This document shows, in pieces, positions 11,251 through 20,810 of a DNA stretch of 32,000 nt. A program made the translations under genes and the position numbers. This stretch comes from Dickeya solani IPO 2222 (GTDB taxonomy: Bacteria; Pseudomonadota; Gammaproteobacteria; Enterobacterales; Enterobacteriaceae), in NCBI RefSeq assembly GCF_001644705.1, contig NZ_CP015137.1, positions 4,410,001-4,442,000 of the forward strand. The letters are read 5' to 3'. A model generated the notes under the pieces. It searched no databases and was not told the DNA's origin. It saw only the letters and a list, made by a program, of their open reading frames with translations. Position 1 is the first letter of the stretch; every line of letters begins with the position of its first letter.

Positions 11251-13041
11251 ATGCGTACTGAATATTGCGGGCTGTTGAATTCGTCCCATGTGGGCCAGGA
11301 AGTGACGTTGTGCGGCTGGGTCAATCGCCGCCGCGATCTGGGTGGGTTGATTTTTATTGATATGCGCGACCGCGAAGGTCTGGTGCAGGTGTTCTTCGAC
11401 CCGGATCGTCAGGAGGCCTTCACATTGGCTTCCGAATTGCGCAACGAATTCTGCATCCAATTGACCGGTGTGGTGCGCGCCCGTCCGGACCATCAGATCA
11501 ACAAAGAGATGGCGACCGGCGAAGTGGAAGTGTTGGCGACCGCGCTGACCATCATCAACCGGGCTGAACCGCTGCCGCTGGATGCCAACCAAACCAACAG
11601 CGAAGAAGCGCGTCTGAAGTACCGTTACCTTGACCTGCGCCGTCCCGAGATGGCTCAGCGCCTGAAAACCCGCGCCCGCATCACCAGCTTTGTGCGCCGT
11701 TTCATGGACAGCCACGGCTTCCTTGATATCGAAACCCCGATGCTGACCAAAGCCACGCCGGAAGGCGCCCGCGACTACCTGGTGCCGAGCCGTGTGCATA
11801 AAGGCAAATTTTACGCGCTGCCGCAGTCGCCGCAGTTGTTCAAGCAGTTGCTGATGATGTCTGGTTTTGACCGTTACTATCAGATCGTCAAATGCTTCCG
11901 CGACGAAGACCTGCGTGCCGACCGTCAGCCGGAATTTACCCAGATCGACGTGGAAACCTCCTTCATGACCGCGCCGCAGGTGCGTGAAGTGATGGAAAAA
12001 CTGGTGCGCGAGCTGTGGCTGGAAATCCACGGTGTGGACCTGGGCGACTTCCCGATCATGACGTTTGCCGAAGCCATGCGTCGTTTTGGCTCCGATAAAC
12101 CGGACCTGCGCAACCCGCTGGAACTGGTGGATGTGACCGATCTGCTCAAAGACGTGGACTTCAAGGTCTTCTCTGGCCCGGCCAACGATCCGAAAGGCCG
12201 CGTTGCCGCTATTCGCGTACCGGGCGGCGCACAGCTGAGCCGCAAACAGATCGACGAATACGCCAAATTTATCGAAATCTACGGCGCCAAAGGGTTGGCG
12301 TACATCAAGGTTAACGAGAAGGCCAACGGTCTGGAAGGTATCCAGAGCCCGGTCGCCAAGTTTCTGAACGACGGTATTCTGGCGGCATTGCTGGAGCGTA
12401 CTGCGGCGGAAGATGGCGACATCCTGTTCTTCGGCGCCGACAGCGCCAAAGTGGTGACGGACGCGCTGGGCGCGCTGCGCCTGAAACTGGGCCGCGACCT
12501 GAAAATCACCAATGAAAACAGCTGGCAGCCGCTGTGGGTCATCGACTTCCCAATGTTCGAAGAGGACGGTGAAGGCGGCCTTGCCGCGATGCACCATCCG
12601 TTCACCGCGCCGCGCGATATGTCTCCGACAGAGCTGGAAGCCAACCCGACAGCCGCTATCGCCAACGCTTACGACATGGTGCTGAACGGCTACGAAGTCG
12701 GCGGCGGTTCGGTGCGTATCCACCGTGGCGAGATGCAGCAGACGGTATTCCGCATTCTCGGCATCGACGAGCGGCAGCAGCGCGAAAAATTCGGCTTCCT
12801 GTTGGACGCCTTGAAATTCGGCACCCCGCCGCACGCCGGCCTGGCCTTCGGCCTTGACCGTCTGGTGATGTTGCTGACCGGCACCGACAATATCCGCGAC
12901 GTGATCGCGTTCCCGAAAACCACCGCAGCCGCTTGCCTGATGACCGAAGCGCCGAGCTTCGGCAACCCGTCGGCACTGGATGAACTTTCTATCGCGGTGG
13001 TGGGTAAGGGTAAAGCCGCGCAGGATGCAGAGAATCAGTAA
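11251..13041 (+). CDS. aspS: Aspartate--tRNA ligase (AspRS)
   Basis: 596 aa, MRTEYCG.L...[22 protein letters not shown], with class II motifs ([34 protein letters not shown]). Confidence 0.98.
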   Translation: MRTEYCGLLNSSHVGQEVTLCGWVNRRRDLGGLIFIDMRDREGLVQVFFDPDRQEAFTLASELRNEFCIQLTGVVRARPDHQINKEMATGEVEVLATALTIINRAEPLPLDANQTNSEEARLKYRYLDLRRPEMAQRLKTRARITSFVRRFMDSHGFLDIETPMLTKATPEGARDYLVPSRVHKGKFYALPQSPQLFKQLLMMSGFDRYYQIVKCFRDEDLRADRQPEFTQIDVETSFMTAPQVREVMEKLVRELWLEIHGVDLGDFPIMTFAEAMRRFGSDKPDLRNPLELVDVTDLLKDVDFKVFSGPANDPKGRVAAIRVPGGAQLSRKQIDEYAKFIEIYGAKGLAYIKVNEKANGLEGIQSPVAKFLNDGILAALLERTAAEDGDILFFGADSAKVVTDALGALRLKLGRDLKITNENSWQPLWVIDFPMFEEDGEGGLAAMHHPFTAPRDMSPTELEANPTAAIANAYDMVLNGYEVGGGSVRIHRGEMQQTVFRILGIDERQQREKFGFLLDALKFGTPPHAGLAFGLDRLVMLLTGTDNIRDVIAFPKTTAAACLMTEAPSFGNPSALDELSIAVVGKGKAAQDAENQ

Positions 13042-13042
13042 G

Positions 13043-13486
13043 ATGAACTATAAGCGACCCGTTTCGGTGTTGGTGGTGATTTATGCCCGGAATACCGGAC
13101 GGGTGCTGATGCTTCAGCGGCGCGATGATCCGGATTTCTGGCAGTCGGTCACCGGCAGCCTGGAGGAGGATGAAAGCGCGCGATGTGCCGCACAGCGTGA
13201 AGTGAAAGAAGAAGTTAACATCGACATCGCTGCCGAGGCGCTGACGCTGGTTGACTGTCAACGCAGTGTGGAATTCGAGCTTTTTGCTCATTTGAGACGT
13301 CGCTATGCCCCTGGCGTCACGCATAACCTGGAACACTGGTTCTGTCTGGCGTTACCTGATGAACGCCCGGTGGAGATCAGTGAACATCTGGCTTATCAAT
13401 GGCTGGGTGCGCCCGATGCGGCGCGGTTGACCAAATCTTGGAGCAACCGGCAGGCGATTGAAGAGTTTGTTATTGATCCGGCCTGA
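13043..13486 (+). CDS. nudB: Dihydroneopterin triphosphate diphosphatase NudB (Nudix)
   Basis: The ATG at 13043 lies 1 nt after the aspS stop. [13 protein letters not shown]...[22 protein letters not shown]...REVKEEV (Nudix box) and ...[14 protein letters not shown] are colinear with E. coli NudB. The track start at 12980 overlaps aspS and is rejected. Confidence 0.95.
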   Translation: MNYKRPVSVLVVIYARNTGRVLMLQRRDDPDFWQSVTGSLEEDESARCAAQREVKEEVNIDIAAEALTLVDCQRSVEFELFAHLRRRYAPGVTHNLEHWFCLALPDERPVEISEHLAYQWLGAPDAARLTKSWSNRQAIEEFVIDPA

Positions 13487-13509
13487 ACAGGCTTTTTTCG
13501 GAGATTTTT

Positions 13510-14253
13510 ATGGCAGGTCATAGTAAGTGGGCCAACACTAAGCATCGCAAAGCAGCACAGGACGCCAAACGCGGCAAGATTTTTACCAAGATTATCCGCG
13601 AACTGGTTACCGCGGCCCGTTTGGGCGGCGGCGATCCCGACTCCAACCCTCGCCTGCGTGCTGCCATCGATAAAGCGCTGTCCAACAACATGACGCGCGA
13701 CACCCTGAACCGGGCGATTGCGCGCGGCGTGGGCGGCGATGACGACGCCAACATGGAAACCATCATTTATGAAGGCTATGGCCCGGGCGGCACCGCGGTG
13801 ATGGTAGAGTGTTTGAGCGACAACCGTAACCGCACCGTGTCCGAAGTCCGTCATGCCTTCACCAAATGCGGCGGCAACCTGGGAACCGACGGTTCCGTGT
13901 CCTACCTGTTCGCTAAAAAAGGCGTGATTTCCTATGAGCCGGGTCTGGATGAGGATACGGTGATGAATGCGGCGCTGGAAGCCGGCGCTGACGACGTCGT
14001 GTCCTATGACGATGGCGCGATCGACGTGTTTACGCCGTGGGAAAGCTTCGGCCAGGTAAAAGATGCGCTGGACGCGGCCGGTCTGGTGGCCGAGTCTGCC
14101 GAAGTGTCGATGATTCCGTCCACCAAAGCGGACATGGATGCTGACACCGCACCGAAGCTGATGCGTCTTATCGATATGCTGGAAGACTGCGACGACGTGC
14201 AGGAGGTCTACCACAATGGTGAGATCTCCGACGAGGTAGCGGCACTGCTGTAA
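13510..14253 (+). CDS. yebC: YebC/PmpR-family protein
   Basis: 247 aa starting [31 protein letters not shown], the hallmark N-terminus of the family. GGAG SD. Conserved position before ruvC. Confidence 0.97.
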   Translation: MAGHSKWANTKHRKAAQDAKRGKIFTKIIRELVTAARLGGGDPDSNPRLRAAIDKALSNNMTRDTLNRAIARGVGGDDDANMETIIYEGYGPGGTAVMVECLSDNRNRTVSEVRHAFTKCGGNLGTDGSVSYLFAKKGVISYEPGLDEDTVMNAALEAGADDVVSYDDGAIDVFTPWESFGQVKDALDAAGLVAESAEVSMIPSTKADMDADTAPKLMRLIDMLEDCDDVQEVYHNGEISDEVAALL

Positions 14254-14293
14254 TGGCCGTTTTCCTTGCTCAGCAGGAAACCGGGGGGAAACG

Positions 14294-14815
14294 ATGAGTA
14301 TTATTCTCGGTATCGACCCCGGTTCCCGCGTCACCGGTTACGGCATCGTCCGTCAGCAAGGCCGGCAGATCAGCTATCTGGGTAGCGGGTGTATCCGCAC
14401 CGCGGTGGATGATCTGCCCACGCGCCTCAAGCTGATTTATGCCGGCGTCAGTGAAATTATCACCCAGTTTCAACCCGATTATTTCGCTATCGAGCAGGTT
14501 TTTATGGCTCGTAATGCTGACTCGGCGTTGAAGTTGGGGCAGGCGCGCGGCGCGGCGATAGTCGCCGCGGTGAATCAGTCGTTGCCGGTGTTTGAATACG
14601 CCGCACGGCAGGTGAAACAAACGGTGGTCGGCACCGGTGCAGCAGAAAAAAGCCAGGTACAACACATGGTGAAAACGCTGCTCAAACTGCCCGCCAGCCC
14701 GCAGGCCGATGCCGCCGACGCACTGGCGATTGCCATTACGCACTGTCATTTCAGCCAGAGTTTCTCGCGTATCAGCGATGACAAACTGACGCTGGCGCGC
14801 GGGCGTATTCGCTGA
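14294..14815 (+). CDS. ruvC: Holliday junction resolvase RuvC
   Basis: 173 aa, [16 protein letters not shown]...[22 protein letters not shown]...[17 protein letters not shown]. The catalytic acidic residues are in place. Confidence 0.98.
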   Translation: MSIILGIDPGSRVTGYGIVRQQGRQISYLGSGCIRTAVDDLPTRLKLIYAGVSEIITQFQPDYFAIEQVFMARNADSALKLGQARGAAIVAAVNQSLPVFEYAARQVKQTVVGTGAAEKSQVQHMVKTLLKLPASPQADAADALAIAITHCHFSQSFSRISDDKLTLARGRIR

Positions 14816-14852
14816 CTGATTTGATATTCGTGAATGACGTGATCGTTCAATT

Positions 14853-14884
14853 CCGGGCGGCGGCCTGACCAACGCCCGGTTTTG
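14853..14884 (+). terminator. Candidate rho-independent terminator after ruvC
   Basis: CCGGGCG (14853-14859) pairs with CGCCCGG (14873-14879) across a 13-nt loop, followed by TTTTG. Confidence 0.55.
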
Positions 14885-15037
14885 TCAGATAGCCGCCCGA
14901 TTCGTCCCCTCGCTTTCCCTGATCTATTTCTCTTCTGATGCGCCTCGTTTGCCAGTGCGTACTCTATACACCGCTTTGGTTTAAGCCCTTCAGTTATCGT
15001 AACCGTTTCCTGTTTTGATCTGGGATAACGCAGCGTC

Positions 15038-15064
15038 GTATGAACAATTTATAAAATCTCACAC
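15038..15064. promoter_or_regulatory. Candidate NikR-type operator (GTATGA-N15-TCACAC) over a TATAAA -10-like hexamer, upstream of the NiCoT gene
   Basis: The E. coli nikA operator as I recall it is GTATGA-N16-TCATAC with an AT-rich spacer ending TAAAATCG. Here the sequence is GTATGA ACAATTTATAAAATC TCACAC. The left half-site is exact, the right is 5/6, the spacer is 1 nt short, and the site lies 52-78 nt upstream of the ATG. Confidence 0.3.
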
Positions 15065-15115
15065 TCGTAATTTACCCGACGGGCTAGTCCGCCGGACTGA
15101 TACAGAGGTATTGGC

Positions 15116-16147
15116 ATGTTGTCGCTCGTGTTCAGGAATAATCCACGCGCCGTGGCGATAGTGGGCTGTCTGGTGGTGGTTAATGTGTTGGTGTGGCTGC
15201 TGGCATGGGGAATATTTCATGACCATGCCGCCCTGATGGCCACCAGCCTGCTGGCCTGGTGTTACGGCTTGCGTCATGCGGTGGATGCGGATCATATCGC
15301 CGCTATCGACAACGTCACCCGCAAAATGATGCAGGAGGGAGCGATGCCGTTGGGGGTAGGCGCCTGGTTCTCGCTGGGACATTCTTCTATTGTGATTCTG
15401 GCGTCGCTGGCGCTGGCCGCGACGGCCGCCGCATTACAGGATGACATGGCATGGTTTCATGACGTTGGCGGTGTTATCGGCACATCGGTTTCTGCCGGAT
15501 TTCTGTTGCTGATGGCTCTGGTGAATCTGGTGATTCTGCGTGGTGTCTGGGTCCGTTTTCAGCAGTTCAAACAGGGAAGGCGAGAAACGCTCAGCCAGGC
15601 CGATGCTGTGCCGGCCGCGGGTGTGATGGGATGGCTATTTCGCGCTACGTTTCGGCTGGTGAACAAAAGCTGGCATATGTATCTGGTTGGTCTGCTGTTT
15701 GGTCTGGGGTTTGATACCGCCACCGAAATCGGCGTATTGGGCATCTCCGCCGCGGGCGCTTCGCAGGGTATGTCGATCTGGTCGATCATGATTTTCCCGG
15801 CGTTGTTTACCTGTGGTATGGCGTTGGTGGACACACTGGATAATGTGCTGATGGTGGGAGCTTATGGCTGGGCATTTCGCAAACCTCAGCGCAAGCTCTA
15901 CTACAACCTGACTATTACCGCGACGTCGGTGGTGGTGGCGATATTCATCGGCGGTATGGAGGCGTTAGGATTGCTGGCGGATAAACTGGATCTGCACACC
16001 GGATGGTGGCGCGTGGTTGATGTGTTTAACGAGCAACTCGGCAATGCCGGATTCTATGTTGTGACACTGTTTGTCGCCTGCTGGGTGATCTCATGGTGCA
16101 ACTATCGCTGGAAAAATTACGATGCGCTGAATAGCCCGATAGCGTAA
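15116..16147 (+). CDS. NiCoT-family (HoxN/NixA/HupN-type) high-affinity nickel/cobalt permease
   Basis: 343 aa, polytopic. It carries the family signatures RHAVDADHIAAIDN in TM2 and LLFGLGFDTATE in the second half. AGAGG SD lies 9 nt before the ATG. Confidence 0.9.
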   Translation: MLSLVFRNNPRAVAIVGCLVVVNVLVWLLAWGIFHDHAALMATSLLAWCYGLRHAVDADHIAAIDNVTRKMMQEGAMPLGVGAWFSLGHSSIVILASLALAATAAALQDDMAWFHDVGGVIGTSVSAGFLLLMALVNLVILRGVWVRFQQFKQGRRETLSQADAVPAAGVMGWLFRATFRLVNKSWHMYLVGLLFGLGFDTATEIGVLGISAAGASQGMSIWSIMIFPALFTCGMALVDTLDNVLMVGAYGWAFRKPQRKLYYNLTITATSVVVAIFIGGMEALGLLADKLDLHTGWWRVVDVFNEQLGNAGFYVVTLFVACWVISWCNYRWKNYDALNSPIA

Positions 16148-16260
16148 CCACATTTTCCGGCCGATTTCTCCGATGGGCCGGGAGACGGTGAGCATTTCTT
16201 CCCCGGCGTTTCACGGTTTTCATACCGTCGCCGGAGAGGGGTTCCCGCTCTATCTTATAT

Positions 16261-16276
16261 CTGGATATGCATCCAG
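16261..16276. promoter_or_regulatory. LexA (SOS) box of the ruvAB operon
   Basis: CTGGATATGCATCCAG is a CTGG-N8-CCAG palindrome, the same non-canonical form as the E. coli ruvAB SOS box (CTGGATATCTATCCAG from memory). It lies about 80 nt upstream of the ruvA start. Confidence 0.88.
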
Positions 16277-16354
16277 CTTTTCTGTATCCGCCTCTTTTTT
16301 TGTGTTATAAGCTATACGCCACGTTTAGGTCAGCCAGATTAAGGAAAACATCAC

Positions 16355-16972
16355 GTGATAGGTCGTCTCAGAGGCATCGTACTGGAAAAACAGCCGCCAC
16401 TGGTTTTGATTGAAGCCAGCGGCGTCGGATATGAAGTTCATATGCCGATGACCTGCTTTTACGAGTTGCCGGAGCTCGGCCAGGAAGCGGTGATTTTTAC
16501 CCACTTTGTGGTGCGGGAAGACGCACAATTACTGTTTGGCTTTAACAATAAACAAGAGCGTTCGCTGTTCCGCGAGCTGATCAAAGTGAATGGCGTGGGG
16601 CCGAAACTGGCGCTGGCGATTTTGTCCGGCATGTCGGCCCAGCAGTTTGTCAGCGCGGTGGAGCGTCAGGAAATCAACACGCTGGTGAAATTGCCGGGCG
16701 TGGGCAAGAAGACGGCAGAACGTCTGGTCGTGGAAATGAAAGACCGCTTTAAAGGGTTGAACGGCGATCTGTTCAACGTCGCCAGCGATATTGCCTTGCC
16801 GGCGGCGACTGGCAATGCGGAGCCGGAGGCGGACCCGCAGGCTGAAGCTGAAGCGGCACTGGTCGCCCTCGGCTATAAACCGCAGGAGGCCGGCCGTATG
16901 GTGAGCAAAGTGGCGCGGCCGGGTGCCGACTGCGAAACCCTGATCAGGGAAGCGCTGCGCGCTGCACTGTGA
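16355..16972 (+). CDS. ruvA: Holliday junction branch-migration complex subunit RuvA
   Basis: GTG start. [56 protein letters not shown] is near-identical to E. coli RuvA. Confidence 0.98.
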   Translation: MIGRLRGIVLEKQPPLVLIEASGVGYEVHMPMTCFYELPELGQEAVIFTHFVVREDAQLLFGFNNKQERSLFRELIKVNGVGPKLALAILSGMSAQQFVSAVERQEINTLVKLPGVGKKTAERLVVEMKDRFKGLNGDLFNVASDIALPAATGNAEPEADPQAEAEAALVALGYKPQEAGRMVSKVARPGADCETLIREALRAAL

Positions 16973-16979
16973 GGTACGT

Positions 16980-17984
16980 ATGATTGAAGCCGATCGTCTG
17001 ATTTCACCCGGTGTCGTTGCCGACGAAGAACTGCAGGATCGCGCGATCCGGCCGAAGCTGCTGTCAGAGTACGTCGGGCAGCCGGTGGTCCGCGAGCAGA
17101 TGGAAATATTTATCGAGGCGGCCCGCAAGCGCGGTGATGCGCTCGATCATCTGCTGATTTTTGGTCCGCCGGGGTTGGGTAAAACCACACTGGCTAATAT
17201 TGTCGCCAACGAAATGGGCGTGAATCTGCGCACGACCTCCGGGCCGGTGCTGGAGAAAGCGGGCGATCTGGCCGCGCTGCTCACCAACCTTGAACCGCAC
17301 GACGTGTTGTTCATCGACGAGATTCATCGACTGTCGCCAGTGGTGGAGGAAGTACTCTACCCGGCGATGGAAGATTACCAGTTGGATATCATGATTGGCG
17401 AAGGGCCGGCGGCGCGCTCCATCAAGCTGGATTTGCCGCCGTTTACCCTGGTGGGGGCGACAACGCGCGCCGGTTCGCTGACCTCGCCGTTGCGCGATCG
17501 TTTCGGCATCGTGCAGCGGCTCGAATTCTACCAGGTCGCTGATTTGCAGCATATTGTACGGCGCAGCGCTCAGTGTCTGGGATTGGATATGACCGAGGAC
17601 GGCGCGCTGGAAGTGGCCCGTCGTTCACGCGGCACGCCGCGCATCGCTAACCGGCTGTTACGCCGGGTACGGGATTTCTCCGAAGTAAAATCAGACGGCG
17701 CGATTTCAGCCACGGTGGCGGTTCAGGCATTGAATATGCTGGCGGTTGACTCCGAAGGGTTTGATTACATGGACCGCAAGTTACTGCTGGCGGTCATCGA
17801 CAAATTCATGGGCGGCCCGGTGGGGTTGGACAATCTGGCGGCGGCGATCGGCGAAGAACGTGAAACCATTGAAGATGTGCTGGAACCCTATCTGATTCAG
17901 CAGGGATTTCTGCAACGCACGCCGCGTGGCCGCATCGCTACGCAGCACGCCTATCGCCATTTCGGCCTGACCCGCGAAGAATAG
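16980..17984 (+). CDS. ruvB: Holliday junction branch-migration ATPase RuvB
   Basis: 334 aa with Walker [12 protein letters not shown] and Walker B/sensor LFIDEIHRL. Colinear with E. coli RuvB. Starts 8 nt after ruvA. Confidence 0.98.
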   Translation: MIEADRLISPGVVADEELQDRAIRPKLLSEYVGQPVVREQMEIFIEAARKRGDALDHLLIFGPPGLGKTTLANIVANEMGVNLRTTSGPVLEKAGDLAALLTNLEPHDVLFIDEIHRLSPVVEEVLYPAMEDYQLDIMIGEGPAARSIKLDLPPFTLVGATTRAGSLTSPLRDRFGIVQRLEFYQVADLQHIVRRSAQCLGLDMTEDGALEVARRSRGTPRIANRLLRRVRDFSEVKSDGAISATVAVQALNMLAVDSEGFDYMDRKLLLAVIDKFMGGPVGLDNLAAAIGEERETIEDVLEPYLIQQGFLQRTPRGRIATQHAYRHFGLTREE

Positions 17985-18038
17985 AAGAGTAGGAAAGAAG
18001 AGTAGTAGGAGTAGGCCGCCTTTCATCGTTATCTCTCG

Positions 18039-18066
18039 TTATCGCCAGCCTGTCGGCTGGCGATAA
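18039..18066. other. Perfect 12-bp stem / 4-nt loop hairpin between the convergent ruvB and znuB genes (no U-tract on either strand)
   Basis: TTATCGCCAGCC-TGTC-GGCTGGCGATAA, read directly. It may be a transcript-end stabiliser or a rho-independent-like stop for either gene. It lacks a canonical T-run. Confidence 0.4.
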
Positions 18067-18156
18067 GTCCGGCAACGTTAAACACATCTGCAGGTAGGTG
18101 AAAGACCCTGACGGGCTGATTAACCTCTTTTCTATAGCAGCTAAAATACGGTTGTG

Positions 18157-18942
18157 TCAGGCAGCCTGTTTTTTCAGCAGACTAACCATAAACAGCAGCG
18201 ATGCACATAGCACAACGGAAGGGCCGGCGGGCGTATTGGCGCCGGCCGAGAAAGCAAGTCCGCCGGTGACGGCCAGAATGCCGACGCCCATCGCGCAAAT
18301 GGCCATCTGCTCCGGTGTGCGGGAAAACCGACGTGCGGTGGCGGTCGGAATAATCAGCAGTGAGGTGATGATCAGCGCGCCGACAAACTTCATCGCCAGC
18401 CCGATGGTCAAGGCGGTGATCAGCATTAGCAACAGTTTGGTGCGGGCGATGGCGATGCCGTCGACGTGCGCCAGTTCTGGGCTGACTGTCATGGAGAGTA
18501 GGGCGCGCCATTGCCACCCCAATACGCCGAGCACCAGCACCACGCCAGGGCCAATCAGCCACAAGTCTTCACTGGTGACCGCGAGCAGGTCGCCAAACAG
18601 ATAAGCCATCAAATCGACACGGACATTGTTCATCAGGCTGACCACCACCAGACCCAGCGACAGTGCGCTGTGCGCCATGATGCCAAGCAGGGTATCGATC
18701 GCCAGTCCTGGGCGGCGCTCCAGCCAGACCAACCCCACGGCCAGCAACAGAGTTATCGCAATTACCGCATAGAACAGATTGATGTCCAGCAACAGGCCCA
18801 GCGCAACGCCAAGTAATGAAGCATGGGCGAGGGTATCGCCAAAGTAAGACATACGGCGCCATACCACGAAGGAACCGAGCGGCCCTGCCGCCACCGCCAG
18901 ACACACCCCTGCCAGCCAGCCGGGCAACAACAACTCAATCAT
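18157..18942 (-). CDS. znuB: Zinc ABC transporter permease ZnuB
   Basis: 261 aa, [11 protein letters not shown]...[33 protein letters not shown], colinear with E. coli ZnuB. ATGA overlap with the znuC stop. Confidence 0.97.
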   Translation of the reverse strand: MIELLLPGWLAGVCLAVAAGPLGSFVVWRRMSYFGDTLAHASLLGVALGLLLDINLFYAVIAITLLLAVGLVWLERRPGLAIDTLLGIMAHSALSLGLVVVSLMNNVRVDLMAYLFGDLLAVTSEDLWLIGPGVVLVLGVLGWQWRALLSMTVSPELAHVDGIAIARTKLLLMLITALTIGLAMKFVGALIITSLLIIPTATARRFSRTPEQMAICAMGVGILAVTGGLAFSAGANTPAGPSVVLCASLLFMVSLLKKQAA

Positions 18943-19697
18943 GCGTGATTACCATCCTGTCGTTTTAAAATGATTTTTCCGTTCAGATCGTGACGGTGAT
19001 TGTGATGGTGGCGGTAAATCGCCAGTTGTCCGGCGCCGCGGTGGCCGAACATAGCCAGGAATTCCGGGTGCAGCGACACCACTTCCGGTGTGCCGGAGCA
19101 GCAGATGTGCTGATTGAGACACAGGACCTCATCGGTTTTTGCCATCACCAGATGCAGGTCGTGGGAGACCATCAGTACGCTGCACTGATATTCCTGTCGC
19201 AGTTGGTTAATCAACTCGTACAGCGCCAACTGTCCATTGACGTCTACCCCTTGGGTGGGTTCATCCAGCACCAGCAATTGCGGGCGGGCAAGGATAGCGC
19301 GCGCCAGTAGAACACGTTGGGTTTCGCCGCCGGAGAGCTTTTGCATCGGTTGTTCAAGCAGATGACCCGCCTGCACGCGTTTCAATGCTGGCATGATGTC
19401 CTGCTTATTGACTCCGGGGCGTAGCTGCATAAAGCGTTTGACAGTCAGCGGCAGGGTTGGGTCCAGATGCAGCTTTTGCGGTACGTAGCCGATGCGAAGA
19501 TTCGCCGTCCGGGTCAGCGTGCCGTGGGTTGGGGCCTGTAATCCCAGTACAACCCGGACCAGCGTGGATTTTCCCGCGCCATTGGGTCCGAGCAGCGTCA
19601 GAATACGGCCAGCCTGCAATGTGAGAGAAATATCATTGAGTACAGGTTTGTTGCCAAACTGCACGCCAATATTTTCCAGTGAAACCAGCGTTGACAT
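18939..19697 (-). CDS. znuC: Zinc ABC transporter ATP-binding protein ZnuC
   Basis: From the ATG at 19697: [12 protein letters not shown]..., Walker [10 protein letters not shown], signature LSGGETQR, Walker [11 protein letters not shown]. The track start at 19790 would run through the Zur box and the znuA start, so it is rejected. Confidence 0.96.
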   Translation of the reverse strand: MSTLVSLENIGVQFGNKPVLNDISLTLQAGRILTLLGPNGAGKSTLVRVVLGLQAPTHGTLTRTANLRIGYVPQKLHLDPTLPLTVKRFMQLRPGVNKQDIMPALKRVQAGHLLEQPMQKLSGGETQRVLLARAILARPQLLVLDEPTQGVDVNGQLALYELINQLRQEYQCSVLMVSHDLHLVMAKTDEVLCLNQHICCSGTPEVVSLHPEFLAMFGHRGAGQLAIYRHHHNHRHDLNGKIILKRQDGNHA

Positions 19698-19720
19698 AGA
19701 ATTCTGTTTGCAGAGGGTGT

Positions 19721-19743
19721 GTGACGTTATAATATAACGCGTT
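19721..19743. promoter_or_regulatory. Zur box in the divergent znuCB / znuA promoter region
   Basis: GTGACGTTATAATATAACGCGTT has the perfect palindromic core CGTTATAATATAACG (19725-19739). This matches the enterobacterial Zur consensus core GTTATA-N-TATAAC. It lies between the znuC (19697) and znuA (19773) starts. Confidence 0.88.
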
Positions 19744-19772
19744 TTTATTGATAAATCGACGGATGATTGGGT

Positions 19773-20795
19773 ATGTTGCGAGTTACTCACTATAAATGGC
19801 TAAACACCGTACTTGCTGCCGGTACATTGCTGGCTTCGTTGTCTGCCACGCCGGTTGCCTCTGCCGCCGTGGTTACCTCGATTCGCCCGCTGGCGTTTAT
19901 CGCCGCGGCGATCGCTGATGGCGTTACGCCCACGGAAGTGCTGTTGCCGGATGGCGCGTCGCCGCATGATTATGCACTACGTCCGTCCGATGTACAGCGT
20001 CTTAAATCGGCAGAACTGGTGATTTGGGTTGGGCCGGAAATGGAAGCGTTTCTGCCCAAGGCGTTGCAACCGCTGCCGGCAGAACGTCAAATCGCATTGA
20101 GCCTGCAACCGGCCGTCAAATCGCTATTGTTACGGGAGTCACATCCTGAACATGCGGCGGTGGAAAACGGTGCGCAGCATGACTCCGATCATGATAACCC
20201 TGTCGGCAACGGGCATGATCACACTAATGAGCCTGAAAATCATCAGGATAGCGATGATGATGGGCATCATCACGGTGAGTTCAATATGCATATCTGGCTG
20301 TCGCCGGAGATGGCGCAGGCTTCTGCCGTTGCCATTCATGCAAAATTGCTGGAACTCATGCCGCAGAATAAAGACAAACTGGATGCAAACCTGCGTAAAT
20401 TCACTGAGAAACTTGCGCAGACAGATAAAAATGTTGTTAATATGCTGACGCCTGTGCGTGGCAAGGGCTACTTCGTGTTTCACGATGCCTATGGCTATTT
20501 CGAACAGCATTATGGGTTGGCTCCGCTGGGGCATTTTACCATCAATCCGGCTATTGCCCCCGGCGCACAGCGTTTAAACCAGATACGAACACAGTTGGTT
20601 GAGCATAAAGCGGTTTGCGTTTTTGCTGAGCCACAATTCAGGCCAGCGGTCATACATGCTGTCGCCAGGGGAACTGACGTGCGCATCGGCGTGCTGGACC
20701 CGTTGGGAAGTGACATTGCACTGGATAAAGACAGCTATGCGCGTTTCCTGTTGCAACTGTCCGAACAGTATTTAAGCTGCCTGAAGGAAAAATAA
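19773..20795 (+). CDS. znuA: Periplasmic zinc-binding protein ZnuA
   Basis: The ATG at 19773 is 2 codons inside the track's TTG start. Signal peptide ...ATPVASA|AVV. Conserved [18 protein letters not shown], the His/Asp-rich loop ([38 protein letters not shown]), and [11 protein letters not shown]. Confidence 0.96.
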   Translation: MLRVTHYKWLNTVLAAGTLLASLSATPVASAAVVTSIRPLAFIAAAIADGVTPTEVLLPDGASPHDYALRPSDVQRLKSAELVIWVGPEMEAFLPKALQPLPAERQIALSLQPAVKSLLLRESHPEHAAVENGAQHDSDHDNPVGNGHDHTNEPENHQDSDDDGHHHGEFNMHIWLSPEMAQASAVAIHAKLLELMPQNKDKLDANLRKFTEKLAQTDKNVVNMLTPVRGKGYFVFHDAYGYFEQHYGLAPLGHFTINPAIAPGAQRLNQIRTQLVEHKAVCVFAEPQFRPAVIHAVARGTDVRIGVLDPLGSDIALDKDSYARFLLQLSEQYLSCLKEK

Positions 20796-20810
20796 TGAGG
20801 ATAGGAACAA

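Noticed and set aside
11101-12834. A 577-aa ORF antisense to almost the whole of aspS, striking in view of sense/antisense aaRS hypotheses.
   Set aside because: Its codons are exactly phase-aligned with the aspS codons ((12832-11251) is divisible by 3). In that register, antisense stops can arise only from the sense codons TTA, CTA and TCA, which this highly expressed, GC-biased gene avoids. The product is Arg/Ala/Gly/His/Val-rich junk with no SD and no recognisable motifs. It is a codon-usage shadow, not a gene.
13396-14334. Other long antisense ORFs: 13396-14334 (opposite yebC), 16529-17128 (ruvA), 21045-22109 (mepM), 24916-25587 and 25151-25756 (pykA), 3535-4125 (argS), 18098-18604 (znuB), 22972-23430 (lpxM), 14270-14872 (ruvC).
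   Set aside because: The four I checked (yebC, ruvA, mepM, and the pykA 24916 ORF) are codon-aligned antisense frames of strongly supported genes, so the same explanation as for aspS applies. All have low-complexity Arg/His/Gly-rich translations and no translation signals.
20139-20300. The His/Asp-rich low-complexity stretch inside znuA as something unusual.
   Set aside because: This is the well-known metal-chaperoning His-rich loop of ZnuA. It is longer here than in E. coli but is an expected feature.
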